From NCBI GenBank assembly GCA_001643675.2, contig LSRY02000053.1:186001-250000 (forward strand): a stretch of 64,000 nt of DNA, written 5' to 3'. The position numbers and the translations under genes were made by a program. The stretch is from Monocercomonoides exilis PA203 (taxonomy: Eukaryota; Protista; Preaxostyla). A model generated the notes under the pieces. The model saw only the letters and a program-made list of their open reading frames with translations, searched no databases and was not told where the DNA came from. Positions 47,738-64,000 of the stretch are shown one piece after another. Numbering within the stretch: position 1 is the stretch's first letter; the number at the start of each line of letters is the position of its first letter.

Positions 47738-50700
47738 TCACTTCAGATGATTAAAATTTATGTGGAAATTCAATTCGTTGAGAGACGTGAAATTTGAAGC
47801 ATCACAAATTGGGCAAATAAACACAGATGGTGGCTCAAAAGCTTGATCGCGAAGCTCTTCAGCTGAAGCCTTTTCAATGTTTTCTTCTTCCGCCGATTGA
47901 ATTTGTTTGTTTTTTGAGTTTTGCTTTGACACCGACTCACTTGACGAAGAAGGCAAAGCAGGAAAATTTTCTTCTTCTCCTTCATTGGCCAACCTTTGCT
48001 CTTTTGCTTCAGTTTGCTTTCCTGATGTTTTATCCCCTTCCTTTTGTGTGAAATACTCAAGAGGGATGCTGATTTCTTCTTTGTTTCTTTTTCTCTTCAT
48101 ATTCTCTTTTCTTAGTTGCTCTTCTATTTCTGCCTGTTTTGCGATTTCTTCTGCTAATTCTGGTGTCATTTCACTTGCATCAACGCTAAAGTCTTCATCA
48201 AAATGCTGCTCCCTTTCAATTTTGACAAGTTTCTCTCTTTTTTTGCTTCCTTCAGGCTTATCTGCTTCTTCAGTTGTTGATTCTTTATTTTCTGTCTTGT
48301 GTTCATCTTTTCTTACGTTTGCATTTTTCTTTGAAGTCTGCTCATGCTCCTCTTTTACAGTATATTCGGTATGTGATTCAAGTTTTGAATAGTCTTCTTC
48401 TTCTTCTTCTTCCATTTCATCCTCCTCCTCCTCCTCCTCCTCCTCCTCTTCTTCTTCTTCTTCATTCTCCTCATCATTATCGCTTTCATCTACACTTTCG
48501 TTTGATTCATCGTCATCGTATTCATCATTCAATTCTTTCTCTTCTTCATCTCCTCTTTTCTCCCTTCTCTTCGATTTTTGATTGTCAGAAGCTCCTTCTC
48601 TGCCTTGATCCTCTTTCGACAGAATATCATACATGTTTCCATCTGATGCATCATCAGTCAAATACATGCTCTCTTCGCTTTCCTCCTCCTCCTCCTCTTC
48701 ATCTCCTCCTTCTCCTTCTTCTCTTGCTCCACTTGCATTCCCTTCCATCCCTTTCCACCATTGCTTCCGAAAGCCACTGTTCACTCTTTCTCTCCTCTTC
48801 TTCTTCACTCTGACAATCTTTCCATTCTTTATTTGCACATTGCTCTGTCCAGAATAAACCGAAGAAGGTGGCTTAAATTCATTTTCCTTTGTTTTTTGGT
48901 TCTTTCTGCTGGGTTTGCGTTTCCTCTTTCCTGCCTCTATCTCATATTCTTCGCTATTCTCACTTTCGTGCTTGATTGTATGCACAACGCTTCCTTCTTC
49001 CTCCTTTTCATTTCCTTTTCTTCCTCCTCTCCCTCTCCCTTTCCCTTCTCCTTTCCTCTTTTCTCGTCTCTTCTTTTTTATTTCTTTCTCCGAAAGTCCC
49101 TTTTCATTCTCCTTGTTTCTCTTCCACTCTGCTTTTGACAGTCTTTTTTCGCTTCCCTTTGAGCTGTGCCCTGTCTTCTTCTTCCTCAACAGCTCATTCA
49201 GTGCCCTTTCCTCTTCAATCAACCTCATCTTCCTCTTCTCTTGCTTCTCTGCTTCTTTCATCTTCCATGTCTTCCGCTTTGTTTTCTCCATTCTCAGTTC
49301 TTCTTCCTCTTTCATCTTCCTCTCCAGCTCTCTCGCCAGTTCTTCATCTCTTTTCTCCTTCGCCTCTTTTTCTTTCTCCTCTGCCTGCTCCTCCTCACTC
49401 AGTACCATATGCCTTCTCCTTCTGTGAATAGCCATCTTTGCTCCAATCACCTGCTCTCCGCACACGTGGCATATATACAGCGTTGACTCGCAGATCGTTT
49501 TGTGCGCCTCCAAAAGCAGCCGCGACCCGAAGCACATGCCACAAATGGAGCATTCAGTGGACGCCGACTGCTCAGAGGAAGAACTGGGCGAATAGCAGAG
49601 CTCAAATTCTGGCTTATAATAGCTGCATTCTTTGGTTAAATGGGCAGGGATTCCTTCAGCACTTCCTTTCCACCCGCACTCACACAGTACTTCCTGATGC
49701 GAAAGAGAGTGCAGACTGAAGGAGGAAAACGGGACGATTTGGGAGCAGACGGGGCAGCGCTTGTTGAAGACTGAGCAATAGCGCTGGTGGACGATGAGCT
49801 GAAGTGCGGGGAAGCTGCGGCGGCAGATGGGGCAGATGGATTGGGGGCTTTGAAGTGAGGAGTGAGGTGGTTGAGATGATGATGATGATGATGAATTGGA
49901 AGAAGAAGAAGATGATGATGACGATGAAGATGATGATAAAGAAAACGGAGATGAAGTGGAAGAACTTGAAGCAGTTGACAAATTCTGTGAAGATGCTTCT
50001 TTTTCATTTTCTTGTTCTTTTTCTCGTTCTTCATCATTTTGATCTTTACAGCCAATATCTTCTGATTTTGATGCAGTTAAAGTGAACTGAAATGACTCAG
50101 AAAACCCGCAAACACTCACATAAACAGACGACTGAGAGATTACTTTCTCTGTCTCTGTCTCTTCTTCACATCCACAACTGTCGCTTTCACTTTTCATTTC
50201 TTTTTCGTTTTCTTTATCAAATCCTTCTGCTTTTCTTCTTCTCTCTCTAATTGAATTCAAAGAAGGAACAAACACTGAATAGCTGCTGTTGAGCTCAGGA
50301 GAGTTATCTGCAAATGAGGACCATTCATACTGTTTGAGTGAAGGATGATTTATAACACGAGATACAAAGATGCAGACACTTCCATTTTTATCTTTTTCTT
50401 TTTGTTTTTCTGATGATAAGGTTGATCCTATTGAAGATGGCGAAGGAGATGATGACATGGAACGATGAGGTGCAGTGAAATATGAAGATGAAAACGATGG
50501 GGGAGGAGAAATCGAACCTTGAGATAGACGATTTTGAGTTGAAGGTGCTTGCTCGAACGGGGAAACATCTTCCAAATCAAAAATAATATGCTCATCGTCA
50601 GGAACAAGGAATTCGTACTCAATCGTTTTATCTGCTTCAATAATTCCTTTAATAGATTCTGGCACTGAATGATACACGGGCGGTAGAGGAGCTGCAGAAC

Positions 50701-51247
50701 GATCAACAATGCACACAGGAGTTGCATCAAATATTGAAACTATCTTTTCAGGTTGGGAATCAATAATTTCTATTGGAAAACTTTGTTGACCAAATGATAG
50801 TTCAATTACGCTTCCAACTTTAACTGCATTAAATTTCCCAGACAAAGCATTTGTCAATGCAAATTCTTCATTTTTTATAAATTTGTAAAAATTTTCATTT
50901 AATGGCCGAAGAGTAATTGATGTGCATAATGGCAAGGAAAATACTCTATGCACAATAACAAATCCGAAGTCTTGAATTCCCAATTCTTTCATGACCCATG
51001 GAGGTGCAAGAATAACTTCCGTATTTGAACATTCTTGAAGCCCAACAAACACTGATTTTTGAGTTTCCATCGAAGTTAATTCAAATCTAATAACGTCATC
51101 ACTTTCTGAAAAAGTTTGCATTAAACGAGTTGACATCACCCCTGGAACATAAATATGATTTGTAAACTGAATGGTTGATAATTGCTGTCCAGATGCTCGC
51201 ATTATCGCACATTTGTCAAAAAATGCTCTTGTATAATGAAGTGTCAT
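47738..51247 (-). CDS. UFD1-domain protein with tandem TRAF-type/C2HC-C2H2 zinc fingers and a C-terminal C2H2/UBZ-like finger
   Basis: N-terminal ~180 aa match the UFD1 pattern (VGLQEC...APPWVMKELG...LPLCTSITLRP...LTNAL..F..V..G..I...IIDSQP...VSIFD). Five CxxC/CxC...H...C/H fingers follow, then a charged tail ending CPICDASNFTSLNELNFHINFNH. Confidence 0.82.
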   Translation of the reverse strand: MTLHYTRAFFDKCAIMRASGQQLSTIQFTNHIYVPGVMSTRLMQTFSESDDVIRFELTSMETQKSVFVGLQECSNTEVILAPPWVMKELGIQDFGFVIVHRVFSLPLCTSITLRPLNENFYKFIKNEEFALTNALSGKFNAVKVGSVIELSFGQQSFPIEIIDSQPEKIVSIFDATPVCIVDRSAAPLPPVYHSVPESIKGIIEADKTIEYEFLVPDDEHIIFDLEDVSPFEQAPSTQNRLSQGSISPPPSFSSSYFTAPHRSMSSSPSPSSIGSTLSSEKQKEKDKNGSVCIFVSRVINHPSLKQYEWSSFADNSPELNSSYSVFVPSLNSIRERRRKAEGFDKENEKEMKSESDSCGCEEETETEKVISQSSVYVSVCGFSESFQFTLTASKSEDIGCKDQNDEEREKEQENEKEASSQNLSTASSSSTSSPFSLSSSSSSSSSSSSSNSSSSSSSQPPHSSLQSPQSICPICRRSFPALQLIVHQRYCSVFNKRCPVCSQIVPFSSFSLHSLSHQEVLCECGWKGSAEGIPAHLTKECSYYKPEFELCYSPSSSSEQSASTECSICGMCFGSRLLLEAHKTICESTLYICHVCGEQVIGAKMAIHRRRRHMVLSEEEQAEEKEKEAKEKRDEELARELERKMKEEEELRMEKTKRKTWKMKEAEKQEKRKMRLIEEERALNELLRKKKTGHSSKGSEKRLSKAEWKRNKENEKGLSEKEIKKKRREKRKGEGKGRGRGGRKGNEKEEEGSVVHTIKHESENSEEYEIEAGKRKRKPSRKNQKTKENEFKPPSSVYSGQSNVQIKNGKIVRVKKKRRERVNSGFRKQWWKGMEGNASGAREEGEGGDEEEEEEESEESMYLTDDASDGNMYDILSKEDQGREGASDNQKSKRREKRGDEEEKELNDEYDDDESNESVDESDNDEENEEEEEEEEEEEEEEDEMEEEEEEDYSKLESHTEYTVKEEHEQTSKKNANVRKDEHKTENKESTTEEADKPEGSKKREKLVKIEREQHFDEDFSVDASEMTPELAEEIAKQAEIEEQLRKENMKRKRNKEEISIPLEYFTQKEGDKTSGKQTEAKEQRLANEGEEENFPALPSSSSESVSKQNSKNKQIQSAEEENIEKASAEELRDQAFEPPSVFICPICDASNFTSLNELNFHINFNHLK

Positions 51248-51484
51248 AACTCTTTAAAGGTTTAAAATAATATTGTTGCTGGCCCCAAAGAAAAAAAAAA
51301 TAAAAAAAGATATTAAATTATGGAAGCTTCACTCTTTTTTTTTGACCCCAAACATGTACTCGAACTAATGTGTGATTTTTTCAATTTGAGCATTGATTGT
51401 TTTGAGAAAGTTCTGATATTTATATTAAAATGGTTTGATCAACATAATTTCTTTTTTTGATAACTGCGTTGGATTCTTTTAGAA

Positions 51485-60433
<8,949 letters not shown>

Positions 60434-61593
60434 TAAAAATTAGACTGCCTTTTGTTTTCTTTCTTTCTTTGCTTATTTCTATATATTTATTTAAAAACTT
60501 ATTTAATTTCTTATTTATTTATTAATTTATTTATATTTATTTTTATAATAATTATTATTATTTTATTTTCAATAGATATTTCCTTCATTTCACAACCTTA
60601 CATCTGCCTAATTTTTATTTAACTGTACACACTTTTTTTGGCGTTTTAGCTTTTCAACTCTTTTTTCCAGTGAAACTTTTAGTGGATTGAAAATATCCGT
60701 TTTCTAGCATGAGACAAAAGTATCAAACTTTGTTGACTTTTTTTTCCTCTATTGTTTGTCTAATAACAGATTAAACTTTTTATCCAATCAGTACAAATGA
60801 TTCAGATGAAGGAATTTCAAATTATTTATTTGTTGGAAATGCATTTCTTACCATGTGTGCTTGAGGAAGATGTAGCAAAAATTCTTGCTGAAATTGTTGT
60901 CATTTCCGTTGCTTTCCAAAAAGCATCAAAAAAACACTCTCCTTATGACCCTTTATATTTTAAAGATAATAATTGCACACAGATTTATTCTTCAACGGAA
61001 CGCAATGATTTCTTTGAGTTTGACTGTTTTGTAGCATGTTATGTGCTTTAAACGAGAATTATTTGTAGATGATTTTCCGGATGAACTTTTAAGAATGTTT
61101 GGATCAATTAAAAAATTTGTTTCATAAATGCATCGTTGCAAAATTTTTAAAAAAATAATAATAACGTTTTGAAGGATATTTGTAAATTGTGATTGCGAAA
61201 CTATTGCTTCATTATCTCAGGTGAATTATAGATTTAATCGTCTTTCAAAAATTCCGAAGTTTGAAAAAATTTTTTCCTTATTTTCAGGATAATGAAAAAG
61301 CTTTTTGTTTATTTCGTTGTTGCATTGATGTTTTAGATGCATTGAAACAGAATGCAGATCAATCATTCCCTTCCTTCACAAATTGTCTCTTTTCCCGAAA
61401 TGTGCTTTCTTGGACATTTCTATGTTTCAGCCTCATTCTCAAAAAGATTGGGAAACGAGTTACAAATACGGTGTTAGTCCAAAGGGGTGGAATGAAACAT
61501 TTCAGTTTGGAAAAATTGATTGATGAGCATTTTTCTAAGTTCCTTTGATGAACTTATTGAAAAAATTTTTTTAAAGAATTTACAAAACTTTAG

Positions 61594-62856
61594 CTCAAAA
61601 AAATGACTATCCAGTTATCTCCGCAAAAGGTGGATTCTATAAAAAATGTAGTGCAGTTGTGGGCAAATTAGATTCCTTCTTGCAAATTATTGCAACAGTT
61701 TTGCTTGTGATTGGATTGATTAGTTTCTCTAGAAATTGCGAATTGGCTTATCGGATTCGATCTGACTCAAATATTGGAATAAATTCGTTCAAAGAAACCT
61801 TAACGTTTTCTGCTTTGATGATGGGCGCTCTGATTTTCACATTTTCCCTCCATCATTCCATTGTGAATCGAAATAGTCTCGTTTTTAGGACTCTGTTGGT
61901 TTATGTTTCAGCAACGCTTCCTGTTCTTTACTTTGACTTCTTTTGGAAGCGTGCTCCAATGACACTGTTTATTTTCCCGTATATTATTTTTTCAGTGATA
62001 TTGTTTTCAAATTTGAAGCAATTGGATCTTCGTGTGCGTATTCGAAATTTCTATTTTGACACTCAATTGTGCAATTCTATTGCATCCGTGCTTATGGTGT
62101 TATTTTTTGTCCTTTCGATATTGAAGGCAGATGGTTTGCATATTTTCATTGCTTTCGATGAGTTATCATTATTTCTTCATTAACTGTCATATTTACTATT
62201 TCTGTCTTGATTTATCAGCACATTTCTTCCATTTGGAGCAAATTTCATCATCATTGAAATGGTGGCATATCTTTCTTTTCCTCACATCAAGCATCGCACT
62301 GATTACTACTCCAATCTACATTAACACCAGAGAAAGGAGCAGAAATGCCCGGGGAACCGGAGGAATTGGCGATGCATTTGCGTATCTGCTTGTGGTGGTC
62401 TTTTGCATTCTCGTGTTCCCTTTTCTGCTTCTGCTCCCCCTCAAGCTCGATGGAATACTCCATCTCCATTTCTGGGTGTTTCTGATCTCTTTCGACTGCA
62501 TGGCCGTGCTCTTCGTGGTGTGTGTAGCGTTCAGCGGGTGCTTCTTGAGCAGGCGCAATGCTGAGGACTTTTTGAGGAGCGTGAAGTGGGAACTAAGCAA
62601 AAATGAATTCGCCTTTTGCGTTGAGCGGTTTTTGTGGCTGCGAAAGCAATTTGGGCTTCCTGACCATCCACGGAATGAAAAACTGCATGGATTTGCAGAG
62701 AAAGATGAAAGAAGGAATGAGGGAACATCAGTGATTGTGTCAAAATTGAATCTGAATGTTTCGATAGAGTGGATTTGTACTCGTTCGATAGAGTCAACGA
62801 TGGAGTTGCGAAAGGGGTTCTATGCATTGCCAGAAGGTAATGATCTGAAGGTGTAA
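61594..62856 (+). CDS. Multi-pass membrane protein, TMEM185/TMEM60-like. Exons 61594-62133 and 62219-62856; 5' exons (probably within 60700-61550) unresolved
   Basis: An 85-nt GT-AG intron (62134-62218) joins the two hydrophobic ORFs in phase. Repeated LK[A/L]D...W..F motif (LKAD...KWWHIF; LKLDG...HFWVFL). No ATG at the exon start; an AG acceptor lies at 61592-61593. Confidence 0.6.
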
Positions 62857-62952
62857 AAAGCTTCAGTCAAAAAAACTGCATCTGAGTCGAATTCTTCGAA
62901 TTCTTCAGATAAATAAAATTGCCCTGTTGTTGTATGGATATGCTCACTCATT

Positions 62953-63165
62953 CTTTCTTTTCTTTTTCTTTTTCTTTTTCTTTTTCTTTTTCTTTTTCTT
63001 TTTCTTTTTCTTTTTCTTTTTCTTTTTCTTTTTCTTTTTCTTTTTCTTTTTCTTTTTCTTTTTCTTTTTCTTTTTTTTTCTTTTTCTTTTTCTTTTTCTT
63101 TTTCTTTTTCTTTTCTTTTTCTTTTCTTTTTCTTTTTCTTTTTCTTTTTCTTTTTCTTTCTTTTT
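62953..63165. repeat. (TTTTTC)n polypyrimidine microsatellite
   Basis: Read directly from the sequence. Confidence 0.95.
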
Positions 63166-63635
63166 TTACGTATTTTTACATGTTTTTAAAATTTTGCTTG
63201 CTGTTGAGGTTTTTTTTTAATCCTTTTGCGTTGATTGAGGAATGCTGATGAGCTTTATTGTAATTTGAATGAAGTTAACACTGCAAAGAGATTATGAGTT
63301 TGTTTTGAATAATGTTTTTATCTATTTGCTTTGAAAGCGAATAACTGTTTTTGCTCAAATGAAAATTCATCCTTTTTTTAAAAAAAATAAAATATGCATA
63401 AGCTTCTCATCTTCTGACATTTGTGTGACAAAGAGTTAAAAATCTAGATATTTTCGTTTTTATTTTCGGATCATTAAAAGCACAGATGTATTGTTTTGAA
63501 CATAAACACTCTTGCTTTGAATTATCATTGGTTATTTTTTCGTTAAATGCAAATAATACGGAGAAAAAAAATAAAGACTTTTATTAAATAAAAACAGAAA
63601 TGAATCGAACAGCGAACACGAAAATTTGTCAATCT

Positions 63636-64000
63636 TCACCAATTTTGAATGGCTATTTCGAAAAAATAGTAATAAAATGTATTGACGACTGTTGAATAAT
63701 GGGTAGTAATTGCGTCGTTGAAACCTTCTTTTTCTAGCTTTTCCTGTATTTCTCTTTTTATTATCTTCCTTTCCATATCATCGCTTCCTTCAGTCGCTTT
63801 TTTGTTCAATTGTTCGAATATGTATTCAAAAAATCGGAATATATAAATGCACATTACGTGATCTGGAGTTTGTCGATATGTTTCCTCCAAAAAATACTCA
63901 ACTGCTCCTCCTTTCAACAATGTGCGTGCATCATATCTTCCTTTTTGAAAAAGTATTTTAAATGCTATGATGTATTTCTGAAAAATATCTCTGTAATTAT
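63636..64000 (-). CDS. 3' end of a second member of the lineage-specific helical family (paralog of 16472-17891), partial
   Basis: Frame is open to the window edge. LLKGGAVEYFLEETYRQT...RKIIKREIQEKLEKEGFNDAI aligns with LLRGGVVDFFAEEIQQPT...QKMIRRETFDKLEEEGYEDII. Confidence 0.82.
   Translation of the reverse strand, partial: NYRDIFQKYIIAFKILFQKGRYDARTLLKGGAVEYFLEETYRQTPDHVMCIYIFRFFEYIFEQLNKKATEGSDDMERKIIKREIQEKLEKEGFNDAITTHYSTVVNTFYYYFFEIAIQNW

Overview
AT-rich eukaryotic genomic DNA with short GT-AG introns, read in the standard code (multi-kb ORFs have no in-frame TAA/TAG). The gene families and composition resemble an oxymonad (Monocercomonoides-like) genome; this attribution is inference. 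Nine to ten protein genes are supported: a partial Aa_trans amino-acid transporter; an Sfp/AASDHPPT-type phosphopantetheinyl transferase; a ~2730-aa surface protein with a TM helix and cytoplasmic pseudokinase; two members of a lineage-specific helical protein family; a 5220-aa eIF2-alpha-kinase-like protein whose kinase domain is spread over ~2600 aa by Ser/Glu-rich inserts; a 4-exon ~2625-aa paralogous surface protein without kinase; a UFD1 + zinc-finger protein; a 5-exon class I cyclic-nucleotide phosphodiesterase; and a TMEM185-like membrane protein. Non-coding signals are a ~2.8-kb element bounded by terminal inverted repeats (2725-5539), a ~280-bp dispersed repeat present twice, a ~105-nt structured C/D-box-like ncRNA candidate (34744-34847) and many microsatellites. 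I found no tRNA, rRNA or CRISPR array. All splice sites and alignments were derived by eye.
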